A stretch of 64,000 nucleotides of DNA from an uncultured Rhodobacteraceae bacterium (GTDB taxonomy: Bacteria; Pseudomonadota; Alphaproteobacteria; Rhodobacterales; Rhodobacteraceae), in NCBI GenBank assembly GCA_965657085.1, contig CBFHND010000003.1:87924-151923 (forward strand), in the 5' to 3' direction. Of this stretch, positions 48,119 to 59,518 are shown in pieces. Position numbers and translations under genes: made by a program. Numbering within the stretch: the stretch's first letter is position 1; each line of letters starts with the position of its first letter. The notes under the pieces are model-generated. The model was not told where the DNA came from and searched no databases. It saw nothing but the letters and a program-made list of their open reading frames with translations.

Positions 48119-48961
48119 CTACTGCCCGGCAGCGATCCGGGCGGCGGCTACCTCGTAGTCTGCAAACCCCTCGGCCTGACGCTTGGCGCGCAACAAGGCG
48201 TCGCGCATCTGCGCGTAGCGTGCAGCATCCGCTGACCGAACGGCCTGCACGATCTCGTCTTCGGTCTTGCATACGATCAAACCATCCAGATCGAAATATT
48301 CCCCCACGTCCGGCGCACCCCAATAGATCGGAACCGTTTCACACAGCAGCGCATCCACCAGCTTTTCGCTGAAATAGCCCGGCGCGCGGATGTTTTCGAT
48401 CACCACCGAGAACCGGAACGGGGCCAGCCCTTCCCACTTGTGCTCGAACGGCGCATACCCACGGCCCATCACCTGTGCGTCCGTATCGCGCGCCACGATG
48501 CTGTGGCGCAGCTTGTGCCCCTCCAGATCGCGCCGCCCCGACGCGATCAGCGACACATCGCGCGACTTGGTCAGATCAAGCGTGGCATAGTCCGGCACCC
48601 ATGTGCGCGCCGCAGGCAGAAAGCGCGCGTTCGGCACCGCTTTCAGGGTTTGGGGATCGTGAGTAAACACATGCGCATAGCGCCGCCAGGTCCACCGCAA
48701 CACCGCCAGATGCCGCGCATGGATGGCGCGCGGTTCGACCACCATCACGCTGACCGGACACCGCACGCCCCAGCGTCGGAAATGCATCGACGTCTTTGGA
48801 TAGATGATCAGATGATCCTGTGGCCCCAGATCGGCGACCGTTCCCCCTTGCAAGCGCGCAGGCTGTCCCAGCGGCCAGTGCAAATCCGCCAGAGGCATCG
48901 GCAGGACCTTTGCCCCGATCCCAATGCCATAAGGCAACACTGCAATCCCGCCATCATTCAT
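48119..48961 (-). CDS. Putative glycosyltransferase (GT10/fucosyltransferase-like C-terminal motif)
   Basis: FSVVIENIRAPGYFSEKLVDALLCETVPIYWG resembles the GT10 FENS..YVTEK...G.VPV motif. 8-nt overlap with the upstream gene. Confidence 0.5.
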   Translation of the reverse strand: MNDGGIAVLPYGIGIGAKVLPMPLADLHWPLGQPARLQGGTVADLGPQDHLIIYPKTSMHFRRWGVRCPVSVMVVEPRAIHARHLAVLRWTWRRYAHVFTHDPQTLKAVPNARFLPAARTWVPDYATLDLTKSRDVSLIASGRRDLEGHKLRHSIVARDTDAQVMGRGYAPFEHKWEGLAPFRFSVVIENIRAPGYFSEKLVDALLCETVPIYWGAPDVGEYFDLDGLIVCKTEDEIVQAVRSADAARYAQMRDALLRAKRQAEGFADYEVAAARIAAGQ

Positions 48962-49829
48962 CAGACAGGTGCACCGTTCCGGACATCAGGACAAATCCCT
49001 TGCCGGCAACCTCAACGCCCGTGATTGCATCCCGTGGGCCGATCACGCGCACCTGCGCCTGTCCCGGGCGCCCCATGCCATGGCCCTGCTCGGCCACGAA
49101 CGCCGGCCCGTCAATCAGACCATGCGCCCAGAGGTAGGCCGCCATTGCCCCGGTCGCGGATCCCGTAAACGGGTCTTCCGCCGGGCTTGGCGGCGCCATG
49201 AGCAAACGCGCAAACGTGTCACCCACTTCCGTGGCACCATCCAGAACGCACCAGAACGGCTCCATCACATCGATGTCGCTGCCCAGCGCATCCGCGTATC
49301 GCGCAAGGGCTGTGAGATCGAGGCTGGCCCGTTCCAACGTTGCGCGGTCCTTCAGAACGGTGATGCAAAACGGCAGGCCCGTGCTCACCACCTGTGGTGC
49401 TCCGATGATGTCACTGGCGTCCAGTCCACCGACCGCGGCCACCAGATCGGGCACGACATGCGCCCCGAATTGCGGGGCCACCTGAGTCATGCGGACGGTT
49501 TCACCATCCACATGCACCGGCACGATACCGGCACCTGTCTCCAACGTCAGATCGCCATCGTCGATCATCCCCCGACTGCGCATGGCAGCCACGGTGGCGA
49601 CGGTCGGATGCCCGGCAAAGGGAATCTCGCGGCTGGCCAGAAAATAGCGCACCCGCACATCCGCGACGTCCGATGGCCCCGTGAACGTACATTCCACCAG
49701 CGATGTTTCCCGCACATAGGCGGTGCAAGTCTCAACGCTCAGGCCCGCGCCATCGTGCACCACCGCACAACCGTTGCCGCCAAACGCCCGGTCGGTGAAC
49801 GCATCGACCCAGTCAAACTCAAAGCTCAT
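48954..49829 (-). CDS. PhzF-family isomerase
   Basis: N-terminal VDAFTDRAFGGNGCAVV, a central FAGHPTV-type segment and C-terminal EQGHGMGRPG. Confidence 0.8.
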   Translation of the reverse strand: MSFEFDWVDAFTDRAFGGNGCAVVHDGAGLSVETCTAYVRETSLVECTFTGPSDVADVRVRYFLASREIPFAGHPTVATVAAMRSRGMIDDGDLTLETGAGIVPVHVDGETVRMTQVAPQFGAHVVPDLVAAVGGLDASDIIGAPQVVSTGLPFCITVLKDRATLERASLDLTALARYADALGSDIDVMEPFWCVLDGATEVGDTFARLLMAPPSPAEDPFTGSATGAMAAYLWAHGLIDGPAFVAEQGHGMGRPGQAQVRVIGPRDAITGVEVAGKGFVLMSGTVHLSDE

Positions 49830-50710
49830 TCCACCCCCACGTAATCCTTGGCCGCACCGAAATCCCGGCGCACCGTCTCGAAATCAGCTTCGAACGCTTC
49901 GATGCTTTGACCGAAGGCGGCCTGAAACGCCGCCTTGCGATCCCCAAGACGCCCCAATTGCGTGAAATAGTCAAACAAGGCCGCGTCCCCATGCCGCCCC
50001 GCCAACAAGAAAGCCGCAAAGCGCGCAAGCCCATAGGCCTTGCCATCGGCCAGCGCCCCGGTGGTTTGCAGATCATTCAGGTTCAATCGGCTGCGCCGGG
50101 CCGGCGTTTGAAGTTCGAAAAGGGCGACGCCATCCACGGGCGCACCGCGCGTCCTGAAGTGCCGTTCAAAGACTTCTGCCGTGCCTTCGACCAGCCATGC
50201 CGGCCCCAAAAGCCAATCATCCGCGCCGCGCCGGGCCGGACGGTCCTGTGCGAGATCGTATTGCAACTGGTGCACATATTCATGCGCCATGACCGGCCCC
50301 GCAAGATCGCGCGCCCGCGCGGCCCATGCCGCATCGAATTGCGCATCTTCCTGCCAGCACAGGGCGACAAAGGTGCGGTTCGCCACCCCACCGATCCGTG
50401 TGCCGGGACAGACGCGCGCTGCCACGAGCGGTGTCTTGCGTGCAGGTTTGCCCAACGCGGCATAAGTCCGAGCCAACTGTGTCTTGAGCCCCTGCGCATC
50501 GCGGCCAGCGGCCAGCGCATACGGTGCCGCGACCGTCATGTTGAAATTTGCGAGGAAATAGGCCCGGACCCGCACATGCGTGTAATGCAAAACGTCGGCT
50601 TCTACCGGGTCACGGGTGAAGATCGGCGTTTCCGCCAGCGCGCTGCCCGCCCCGCAAAGGGCCAGCAGCAGCGCGCACCTTTTAGTGTACCGGCTGCGGC
50701 GCCAGATCAT
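49826..50710 (-). CDS. Secreted HExxH protein (putative zinc metalloprotease), otherwise uncharacterised
   Basis: Signal peptide MIWRRSRYTKRCALLLALCGAGSALA|ETP. AHEYVHQ (HExxH). Start inferred; the longer track ORF is rejected. Confidence 0.55.
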   Translation of the reverse strand: MIWRRSRYTKRCALLLALCGAGSALAETPIFTRDPVEADVLHYTHVRVRAYFLANFNMTVAAPYALAAGRDAQGLKTQLARTYAALGKPARKTPLVAARVCPGTRIGGVANRTFVALCWQEDAQFDAAWAARARDLAGPVMAHEYVHQLQYDLAQDRPARRGADDWLLGPAWLVEGTAEVFERHFRTRGAPVDGVALFELQTPARRSRLNLNDLQTTGALADGKAYGLARFAAFLLAGRHGDAALFDYFTQLGRLGDRKAAFQAAFGQSIEAFEADFETVRRDFGAAKDYVGVE

Positions 50711-50903
50711 GCTGACGTGCCAGCACAAAGGCCATACGGCGGTCGGCCACAAGGGCAAGCTGTGTGCCCTGAGCGTCATGCACCGCATAAAGCTGTTCGA
50801 GCCCTTCGGCCTGTTCGCGCACTTCCGCGGGCAGGTCCGACACCGAGATCGCCTTGACGTAGACGATGTTGCCCTCGGGCTTGAAATCAAATGGCGTGTT
50901 CAT
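50682..50903 (-). CDS. Small protein resembling DUF1150 (typical partner of alphaproteobacterial Hsp20)
   Basis: 73 aa, starting 3 nt after the hsp20 stop, with GGAAAGGG SD inside the hsp20 3' end. Family name from memory. Confidence 0.55.
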   Translation of the reverse strand: MNTPFDFKPEGNIVYVKAISVSDLPAEVREQAEGLEQLYAVHDAQGTQLALVADRRMAFVLARQHDLAPQPVH

Positions 50904-50906
50904 CGC

Positions 50907-51320
50907 TTACCCTTTCCTGATGTTGATCGTCTGCACAATCGTTTCGGGCTTGGCCCGGGTCAGATCGACATGCAGCAGACCGTTTTCCATGATCGCCTCG
51001 CCCACCTCAACGCCGTCCGCCAGAACAAACGTCCGTTGGAACTGTCGCGCCGCGATGCCGCGATGCAGGAACACGCGCCCGTCACTGTCGTCGGATTGCC
51101 GTCCCCGGATCACAAGGGTGCGGTCCTCGACCGTGATTGACAGGTCTTCGTCCCGAAAACCGGCCACGGCCAGCGTGATGCGATAGGAAAAATCAGAGGT
51201 CTGTTCGATGTTGAAGGGCGGATAGCCCTCGTTGCCGGTCTTTGCCGTGCGTTCCAGCAGGCGTTCCAGCTGTTCGAACCCCAGCATATGCGGGTGCGAC
51301 CCCAGCGTCATTTTGGTCAT
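50907..51320 (-). CDS. Hsp20/alpha-crystallin small heat-shock protein (IbpA-like)
   Basis: PPFNIEQTSDFSYRITLAVAGF...LHRGIAARQFQRTF...NGLLHVDL alpha-crystallin domain. Confidence 0.9.
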   Translation of the reverse strand: MTKMTLGSHPHMLGFEQLERLLERTAKTGNEGYPPFNIEQTSDFSYRITLAVAGFRDEDLSITVEDRTLVIRGRQSDDSDGRVFLHRGIAARQFQRTFVLADGVEVGEAIMENGLLHVDLTRAKPETIVQTINIRKG

Positions 51321-51387
51321 GCGACACGTCCTTATCAGATCAAGCGACAGTCAGGCGCGGCCCCGTTGTGGCAACCGCTTAACAAGA

Positions 51388-51416
51388 ATATGGGAGGAAC
51401 ACGCGCCGTGCACAAG
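51388..51416 (-). promoter_or_regulatory. RpoH (sigma32)-type promoter upstream of hsp20
   Basis: Minus strand reads CTTGTG - 16 nt - CCCATAT (consensus CTTGAA-N16/17-CCCCATNT), about 70 nt upstream of the hsp20 ATG. Confidence 0.55.
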
Positions 51417-51484
51417 GCCATGATCGCCTTACCCGATCAAATGCCACGCAAAATTTCTAGGCGCAGCGCGCGGGCTCGCCTATA

Positions 51485-51742
51485 TTGATGGTTCCGAAAC
51501 GACCAAAGAATCGGCAGATGAACGCGCAATCCGACCTGGCCATGAAAACCGATGACGTCCTGCGGGTCGAACTTGAGGTGTTTCGCCGTGAACATCGTGA
51601 CCTCGACGAGGCCATTCATGCCCTCGTGGATCGTGGCACGGGTGATCAATTGACCCTGCAACGCCTGAAAAAGCGCAAGCTGATGTTGAAAGACCGCATT
51701 TCCCAGATCGAAGACCGGCTGACCCCCGATATTATCGCCTGA
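51485..51742 (+). CDS. YdcH/DUF465-family small protein
   Basis: FRREHRDLDEAI...LQRLKKRKLMLKDRI signature. The true start may be an internal Met (MNAQSD or MKTDD). Confidence 0.65.
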   Translation: MMVPKRPKNRQMNAQSDLAMKTDDVLRVELEVFRREHRDLDEAIHALVDRGTGDQLTLQRLKKRKLMLKDRISQIEDRLTPDIIA

Positions 51743-51808
51743 CCGCGCCCGTTGCACCGGATTTCCAGATACGTATAGTGCGCGCTCACGCGCCAGAAGG
51801 CTTTTGTC

Positions 51809-52303
51809 ATGACCAAACTCTCCCCCGCCGTCGGTATTATCATGGGCAGCCAGTCCGATTGGCCCACGATGCGCGAAGCCGCCGATATGCTGGATGCTCT
51901 GGGCATCACTTATGAAAAGCGCATCGTTTCAGCGCACCGCACACCGGACCGGCTGTGGGACTATGGCAAGGCGGCCGCCGACCGCGGCTTGCAGGTCATT
52001 ATTGCCGGTGCGGGTGGCGCTGCGCATCTGCCGGGCATGATGGCCTCCAAGACGCGCGTGCCGGTCGTTGGGGTGCCGGTGCAGACACGTGCCCTGTCGG
52101 GGGTCGATTCCCTGTATTCGATCCTGCAAATGCCGCGCGGCTTTCCCGTGGCCACCATGGCCATCGGTGCTGCGGGTGCCGCCAACGCCGGATTGATGGC
52201 GGCGGGCATCCTCGCCTTGCAGGATCCAGACCTTGCCCGGCGCCTCGATGCCTGGCGGGCGGACCTCTCGGCCTCCATCCCGGAGGAGCCATCGGATGAC
52301 TGA
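51809..52303 (+). CDS. purE: N5-carboxyaminoimidazole ribonucleotide mutase
   Basis: [17 protein letters not shown] and [10 protein letters not shown] motifs. Confidence 0.95.
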   Translation: MTKLSPAVGIIMGSQSDWPTMREAADMLDALGITYEKRIVSAHRTPDRLWDYGKAAADRGLQVIIAGAGGAAHLPGMMASKTRVPVVGVPVQTRALSGVDSLYSILQMPRGFPVATMAIGAAGAANAGLMAAGILALQDPDLARRLDAWRADLSASIPEEPSDD

Positions 52304-53363
52304 CCCCTTACAAACCGGCGCTACCATCGGGATTCTCGGCGGCGGTCAACTGGGCCGAATGCTCAGCGTCGCGGCGGCGCGGCTCGGTTTCAAAACCCAC
52401 ATCTTTGAACCGGGTGAAAACCCGCCCGCAGGGGATGTGGCCCACACCGTGACAACAGCATCCTACGACGACACCGCCGCGCTGACCGCTTTTGCCCGGT
52501 CTGTCGACGTGATCACCTATGAATTCGAGAATATCCCAACCTCCGCGCTCGACACGCTGGAAGACCTGCGCCCGATCCATCCCAACCGCGACGCCCTGCG
52601 CATCTCCCAGGACCGCCTGACGGAAAAGGACTTCCTCAAGGGTCTGGGCCTTGAAACGGCACCCTACGCCGATCTTCCCGATGCCGCAGCGCTTGACACC
52701 GCAATTGCACAGATCAGCACACCCGCAATCCTGAAAACCCGCCGCTTTGGCTATGACGGCAAAGGGCAGGCCCGCCTCATGTCCCCCGAAGACGCGGCAA
52801 GCGCTTGGGCAGACATGGCCGGATCACCAGCCATCTACGAAGGCTTCGTCGATTTCAGCGCCGAAATCTCGATCATCGCCGCACGCAACCCTGCGGGCGA
52901 TGTGTCATGCTATGACCCCGGCGAAAACGTGCATCGCGACGGCATCCTGCACACCACGACTGTGCCCGCGACCATCCCGCCGCGCCTGCGTACGGACGCG
53001 GTTCTGCTGGCCGCCCAGATCCTTGGGGCGCTCGATTATGTCGGTGTGATGGGGGTGGAACTGTTTGTGACGCCACGCGGACTGGTCGTGAACGAAATCG
53101 CCCCGCGCGTGCACAACTCGGGCCACTGGACGCAACAAGGCTGCACCATCGACCAGTTCGAACAGCACATTCGCGCCGTGGCGGGCTGGCCCTTGGGCGA
53201 TGGCACCCGCTACGCAGATGTCACCATGACCAATCTGATCGGCGATGACATGGACGATGTGCCGACACTGGCCCGCGACCCCAAGACCGCGCTGCACCTT
53301 TACGGCAAGGCCGAGGTCAAGGCCGGCCGCAAGATGGGCCACGTCAACCGCATCACCAACTAA
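52296..53363 (+). CDS. purK: N5-carboxyaminoimidazole ribonucleotide synthase
   Basis: ATGA-type overlap with pur[12 protein letters not shown] and an ATP-grasp core, then C-terminal HLYGK...GRKMGH. Confidence 0.93.
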   Translation: MTDPLQTGATIGILGGGQLGRMLSVAAARLGFKTHIFEPGENPPAGDVAHTVTTASYDDTAALTAFARSVDVITYEFENIPTSALDTLEDLRPIHPNRDALRISQDRLTEKDFLKGLGLETAPYADLPDAAALDTAIAQISTPAILKTRRFGYDGKGQARLMSPEDAASAWADMAGSPAIYEGFVDFSAEISIIAARNPAGDVSCYDPGENVHRDGILHTTTVPATIPPRLRTDAVLLAAQILGALDYVGVMGVELFVTPRGLVVNEIAPRVHNSGHWTQQGCTIDQFEQHIRAVAGWPLGDGTRYADVTMTNLIGDDMDDVPTLARDPKTALHLYGKAEVKAGRKMGHVNRITN

Positions 53364-53365
53364 CC

Positions 53366-53420
53366 CTTCTTTGGGTCAAAAATACTTCGGGGGAGGCCGC
53401 AGGCCGGGGGCAGAGCCCCC
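53366..53420. repeat. Intergenic repeat element, copy A (27-nt box + GC hairpin)
   Basis: CTTCTTTGGGTCAAAAATACTTCGGGG matches 61219-61245 at 26 of 27 positions. Followed by the GGGGGCAGAGCCCCC hairpin. Confidence 0.7.
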
Positions 53421-53478
53421 CACCACCGCAGATGCGAACCGCATCTGCAAAATATCGCGTGCGCGCCAGCGCGCCGGT

Positions 53479-54618
53479 CTACAAAAACCGCTCCGCGATA
53501 TTGCCACTCATAAAGCTCACACGCCCGCCGCTCAGGGTCATGGCCACGCGCTTGGTCTCGGCGTCCAGCACGACGATATCCGCGCGCTTGCCCGCCTCCA
53601 GAACACCGCGATCCTCCAGCCCGACAGCCTGTGCAGGCCCTTCCGACACAAGGCGCCATGCGCCTGCAAGATCCAACACCCCGGTCTGTGCAATCATCAA
53701 GGCAGCGCGGCGCGGACTAGGATAATGATAATCCGACGCCAGGGCGTCACATAACCCCATGGCGATCAGGTCCAGCGCGCTGGCATTGCCCTTGTGCGAT
53801 CCGCCCCGCACCACGTTGGGCGACCCCAGCACCACGACACCACCCTGCGCCTTGGCCGCCTCTGCCGCTCCTAGAGTTTCCGGAAATTCGGCGATGTGCA
53901 CGCCGCGCGCATTCCATTGGGCGCGGTCTGCGGCTGTCTGGTCATCGTGGCTACCCATGCGCACGCCTGCAGCACTCAGGCGTGTGCACAGATCATCCAG
54001 CGCGGCAGGCACCTCCGGCCCCCGCCCATGCAGGTCCAGCAACATCTGGAAATGCGTCTCGGGGTTGCGCTGCGCCTTCAGCGCCTGACCCACCAGCCGG
54101 GGCGGCTTGCGCCCTTCGGCCAGACGGTCATGCGGCAGATGATCGTTGAACACCACGTAATCCACACCCCAATCGGCGATGAGCTCGGGCAACGCTTTAT
54201 AATCTTCCAACAGATGCGTCTCGAACCGCAGTTGTGCCCTGATGTCGGTGACAAGCTGCGGCGCCGTATCCCGGATCGCGGCAAAGACCTGAGCACCAAA
54301 GGCCATGCCCCGCACGCCGCCTTCCCAGCTGACGAACTGCGCCAGGTATCCCGTGGTGATGCCGTTGGCCGCCAATTCCGCCTCGGTCGCGACCAATCCC
54401 TCGGCCATCTGCTTCATCGCACCGCGGCGCGGGGCGAGGTGGCGCTCAAAGCCATCACCGTGAATGTCGACGATCCCCGGCAGCACCATGTATCCCGACA
54501 GGTCCACCGACCGCCCCACCATGTCGGCCACGATTTGCCCGCCTGCGATGCTCAGGGGGTCGTCCTGCAACCCGTCGCGGCGCAGCACCTGCGCGCCCGT
54601 CAGATCAACGTCCAACAT
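53479..54618 (-). CDS. phnM: PhnM-like amidohydrolase (alpha-D-ribose 1-methylphosphonate 5-triphosphate diphosphatase family)
   Basis: [13 protein letters not shown] metal-binding motif with family-like length and C-terminus. No other phn genes nearby. Confidence 0.6.
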   Translation of the reverse strand: MLDVDLTGAQVLRRDGLQDDPLSIAGGQIVADMVGRSVDLSGYMVLPGIVDIHGDGFERHLAPRRGAMKQMAEGLVATEAELAANGITTGYLAQFVSWEGGVRGMAFGAQVFAAIRDTAPQLVTDIRAQLRFETHLLEDYKALPELIADWGVDYVVFNDHLPHDRLAEGRKPPRLVGQALKAQRNPETHFQMLLDLHGRGPEVPAALDDLCTRLSAAGVRMGSHDDQTAADRAQWNARGVHIAEFPETLGAAEAAKAQGGVVVLGSPNVVRGGSHKGNASALDLIAMGLCDALASDYHYPSPRRAALMIAQTGVLDLAGAWRLVSEGPAQAVGLEDRGVLEAGKRADIVVLDAETKRVAMTLSGGRVSFMSGNIAERFL

Positions 54619-55378
54619 CGCGCCGCACCCCCATCACACATGTCGCATCGGGGCAATCCAGCTGCTCCAGCACCGCATCCAGCCAATTGAGATCAGGGTT
54701 GAACGCCCCGTCCCGCAAGAACGCCATGGTCTGCGAAATCACCTGCGGATTGTTCATGATGAAGGTGTGTGTCACCGGCAAAACGATGTGTGCCGTCATG
54801 CCTTCAACCTTGGTCGAGGCGACGGACACCTTGCCATCGTCCTCCCCCGGCAACAGCGATGAGAAATAGGCGTTGAGCGATTGATTGCCCGCGATCACCC
54901 CGACCGGGTAATCCACTGGTGGCAACTGTCTGGGCAATGCCGATGGCCCGGTGCCCAACTGCTGGCCTGCGGGGCCATTGAACCAGCCGAACACCTCGAA
55001 CCCGCCCAATACATCCACGACTTCGCTGCCCTGATTGGGCGGGGCCAGCATCACCACCCGGCCCAGCCGGTCCAGCGGATTGCGACGCAGCCATTCGCGC
55101 ACAAGGATAGCTCCCATCGAATGGGTCACGAAATTGACGCGGTCCTCTCCGCAGGCTTTCAGAGCTTCGGGCATGACCTCTGCCGCCAATTCCGGCACAG
55201 GCGCCTGCGTGGAATCGTATCCGGGGCGCACGACGGTATAGCCATCCGCCTCCAACGCCGCCTCCATCAGGGCAAAAGACGCCTCAGTCCGGGCCAATCC
55301 GTGCAGCAGGATCACGCACTCCGCGCGCGCCGCCGCCGACCATCCCAGCAAAAGCGATATGAACACCAACAACCTCAT
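54605..55378 (-). CDS. Secreted alpha/beta hydrolase
   Basis: Signal peptide [19 protein letters not shown]|E. LLHGL and THSMGA nucleophile elbow. The 3' end overlaps the phnM-like start by 14 nt. The 403-aa track ORF is rejected as an upstream extension. Confidence 0.75.
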   Translation of the reverse strand: MRLLVFISLLLGWSAAARAECVILLHGLARTEASFALMEAALEADGYTVVRPGYDSTQAPVPELAAEVMPEALKACGEDRVNFVTHSMGAILVREWLRRNPLDRLGRVVMLAPPNQGSEVVDVLGGFEVFGWFNGPAGQQLGTGPSALPRQLPPVDYPVGVIAGNQSLNAYFSSLLPGEDDGKVSVASTKVEGMTAHIVLPVTHTFIMNNPQVISQTMAFLRDGAFNPDLNWLDAVLEQLDCPDATCVMGVRRDVGR

Positions 55379-55441
55379 AATCCTTGAGATAGACACATTG
55401 CCCGGCCTATGGAATGGCAGCACAGCAACAAAGGTGATCAA

Positions 55442-55897
55442 ATGCCTCAACGTCCCCCACGGATCGCGATGCGCGCGATCATAGTCCACCGCGAAAGGCT
55501 GCTTTTGGTCAACGCCTGGAAAGAGGACGAGAACCCCCTGATGTGCGCGCCGGGTGGCGGCGCGGAAGCCCATGCAAGCCTGCCCGACAATCTGGCCCGC
55601 GAGGTAATGGAGGAAACCGGGCTTGCCGTGACCGTGGGCGCGCCCTGTCTCGTGAATGAATTTCACGACCCGGCCCGCGACTACCATCAAATCGAAGTGT
55701 TTTTCCGCTGCACGCTGCAAGGCTCCGATGTGCTGCCCGAAGGGTGGCAGGACCCCGAAGCCATCGTGACCCGCCGCCAGTGGGTTACGGCAGACCAGTT
55801 GCGACACACGCCGCACAAACCTTCAAGCCTTTTGCAGATTGCCTTTGGCGAAAGTGACGGTCTCAGCTACGACCCGCTGGAACCTTTGCTGACGTGA
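55442..55897 (+). CDS. NUDIX hydrolase
   Basis: Nudix box [24 protein letters not shown]. Confidence 0.85.
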   Translation: MPQRPPRIAMRAIIVHRERLLLVNAWKEDENPLMCAPGGGAEAHASLPDNLAREVMEETGLAVTVGAPCLVNEFHDPARDYHQIEVFFRCTLQGSDVLPEGWQDPEAIVTRRQWVTADQLRHTPHKPSSLLQIAFGESDGLSYDPLEPLLT

Positions 55898-56711
55898 TCG
55901 CCAGCGCGATGCCGCCCAGCACCAGCACGGTCGCCACGCCGACCTGAAGCCGCAAGTCTTCGTCCAGCAGCAGCGCACCGCCCAGAATGGCGATGATCGG
56001 TACGCTCAGCTGCACGACAGCCGCGGTGCTGGACGCCAGACGTGGCAGAACCGAATACCAAAGCGCATAGCCCAGTCCGGAGGTTACCGCTCCCGACAGG
56101 ATGGCCAGTGCAATCCCCAGCGGGGCAATCTGCATCCACGGCCCCACCAACACCAACGCCAGCAAGGGGGCCGCAAGCACGAAATTCGCCGCCGTTGCGG
56201 CCAAGGCATCGCTCTCGGACCGCCCCGACAGGGTGTACGCGGCCCAGCCCAGCCCCGCCGCCACCATCGCGGCCGCCCCCAACGGGTTCGAGGCCTGCGC
56301 CGTTGACGGCCAAAGGGCAATCACCAGACCGCCAAAGGCGATGCCCGCTCCGGCCAATTGCCGTGTTGAAGGCGCTGATCCACGCAGCGCCGCCCATGCA
56401 AACATGGATACCTGCACCACGCCAAACAGGATCAACGCGCCCAGACCCGCATCAATCGACACATAGGCCCAGGAAAATCCGGCAATATAAAGCGACAGGC
56501 TCAGCGCGCCCAACACCCGGGCACGCCGCAGCAAGGGCAACGCCTGTCGTCTGACCGTCAGGATCATGCACAGGATGACAGCGCCCGACACCACCCGGAT
56601 CAGCGCGAAACTGGCCGCATCAATGCCCCCATGCGCGATGGCCGCCCGGTTCAGGATCGAATTGGCAGCAAAGGCAACCATGGTGAGGAATGTCAGCAAG
56701 GCAAGGCGCAT
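55863..56711 (-). CDS. DMT-superfamily (EamA-like) transporter
   Basis: About 10 hydrophobic helices in two EamA-like halves. Convergent 35-nt overlap with the NUDIX gene. Confidence 0.8.
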   Translation of the reverse strand: MRLALLTFLTMVAFAANSILNRAAIAHGGIDAASFALIRVVSGAVILCMILTVRRQALPLLRRARVLGALSLSLYIAGFSWAYVSIDAGLGALILFGVVQVSMFAWAALRGSAPSTRQLAGAGIAFGGLVIALWPSTAQASNPLGAAAMVAAGLGWAAYTLSGRSESDALAATAANFVLAAPLLALVLVGPWMQIAPLGIALAILSGAVTSGLGYALWYSVLPRLASSTAAVVQLSVPIIAILGGALLLDEDLRLQVGVATVLVLGGIALAITSAKVPAGRS

Positions 56712-56743
56712 GATCCACGCTTAGCCGCTGAGGCGTTGCGCGG

Positions 56744-57229
56744 CTAGTCGAGATCGTCAAAGGCAGCTGGATAGACCAGCCGCGCCGACGGACAGTCATT
56801 GCCCGGCCCCAGATAAAGCGTGTGCGCCACAGGATAGGGCGTTTCCAAACGGGCTGCCCGCGCATTGGAAAACCCCGCCTTTTCGTAGAACGGCACAGAC
56901 CCCAGAACGACAATCCGGCGCGCATCCGGCGCGGCGCTGGCCCAATGAACGATCTTTTGCATCAGCCGCAGGCCGTGCCCCTGCCCTTGTGCTGCAGGCC
57001 AGACCGCAACGGGTGCCAGACACAGCCACCCTTCTGGCGCACGCATCCGCGACAGGGCCGCATAGGCCACTGGCCCTTCGGGTCCGTCCAGAACCCATTC
57101 GTATTCCATATCACCACTGGCGCGCAGGGCCTCGACCAGATCCGCCTCGTCCTCGGTGTCAAAGGCCGCGCAGAGCATCGCGCGTACCGTGGCCACGTCG
57201 CCTGCGTCGATATTGCGAAAAGCACCCAT
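56744..57229 (-). CDS. GNAT-family N-acetyltransferase
   Basis: AVWPAAQGQGHGLRLM acetyl-CoA binding motif (Q/RxxGxG/A). Confidence 0.8.
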   Translation of the reverse strand: MGAFRNIDAGDVATVRAMLCAAFDTEDEADLVEALRASGDMEYEWVLDGPEGPVAYAALSRMRAPEGWLCLAPVAVWPAAQGQGHGLRLMQKIVHWASAAPDARRIVVLGSVPFYEKAGFSNARAARLETPYPVAHTLYLGPGNDCPSARLVYPAAFDDLD

Positions 57230-57244
57230 GCCCCGCGCATAGCA

Positions 57245-57271
57245 AAAGGGGCCGCCAAATGGCAGCCCCTT
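57245..57271 (-). terminator. Rho-independent terminator after groEL
   Basis: Minus strand reads AAGGGGCTGCC attt GGCGGCCCCTT followed by TTGC (one G.U pair). Confidence 0.6.
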
Positions 57272-57301
57272 CGCAGTCTCCTGGACGTTGGCAGATGCCA
57301 G

Positions 57302-58972
<1,671 letters not shown>

Positions 58973-59006
58973 TCAGCGATGAAATGGGATCAGAGAAGCG
59001 CGCGGC

Positions 59007-59294
59007 TTACTCGATGATGCCCATGATGTCGCTTTCTTTCATCATCAGAAGCTCTTCGCCGTCGACGGTGACTTCTGTGCCCGACCATTTGCCGAACAGG
59101 ATGCGGTCGCCTTCCTTGACGTCCAGTGCGATGCGCTCGCCATCATCGTCACGGGCGCCTGCGCCCACTGCGATAACCAGACCTTCGGCCGGCTTTTCCT
59201 TGGCGCTATCGGGGATGATCAGCCCGCCAGCAGTTTTCTCTTCGCTTTCCGTGCGGCGTACCAGCACGCGGTCATGAAGCGGTTTCAATGCCAT
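59007..59294 (-). CDS. groS: Co-chaperonin GroES
   Basis: [14 protein letters not shown]...[13 protein letters not shown] mobile loop. 95 aa. Confidence 0.98.
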   Translation of the reverse strand: MALKPLHDRVLVRRTESEEKTAGGLIIPDSAKEKPAEGLVIAVGAGARDDDGERIALDVKEGDRILFGKWSGTEVTVDGEELLMMKESDIMGIIE

Positions 59295-59351
59295 CTTTGC
59301 AGCTCCTTAAGGCTCAAAGTTTCTCCCTTGGGGCTCATGCCCCACGTATCG

Positions 59352-59378
59352 TTAGCACTCACTTCGCCTGAGTGATAA
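59352..59378. promoter_or_regulatory. CIRCE operator (HrcA binding site) upstream of groES
   Basis: TTAGCACTC-N9-GAGTGATAA versus consensus TTAGCACTC-N9-GAGTGCTAA (one mismatch). Confidence 0.85.
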
Positions 59379-59384
59379 CGGCGC

Positions 59385-59414
59385 ATAGCTAGGCAGTGCG
59401 CCCAAATGAGTCAA
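59385..59414 (-). promoter_or_regulatory. Candidate promoter for groESL
   Basis: Minus strand reads TTGACT - 17 nt - TAGCTA, immediately upstream of CIRCE. Confidence 0.45.
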
Positions 59415-59518
59415 CAGGTCGGAGACGAAAAAAACCGCCAATTGGAACGATGCCGGGCTTGCGCCTTCGCACCACCGCCCTAATCTGGCCCGACCGCTTC
59501 GCATCAAGGAGGTGCGCC

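Noticed and set aside
39970-50857. Other long antisense ORFs (39970-40947, 40796-42073, 41916-43313, 43971-45035, 46015-46908, 47137-48108, 48969-49844, 49907-50857)
   Set aside because: Each is opposite a gene with recognisable motifs or signal peptides. None has an SD or a recognisable domain.
54605-55816. 403-aa version of the alpha/beta hydrolase ORF
   Set aside because: The upstream 146 aa are antisense to the NUDIX gene region and precede an obvious signal peptide ([13 protein letters not shown]...), so the internal ATG at 55378 was chosen.
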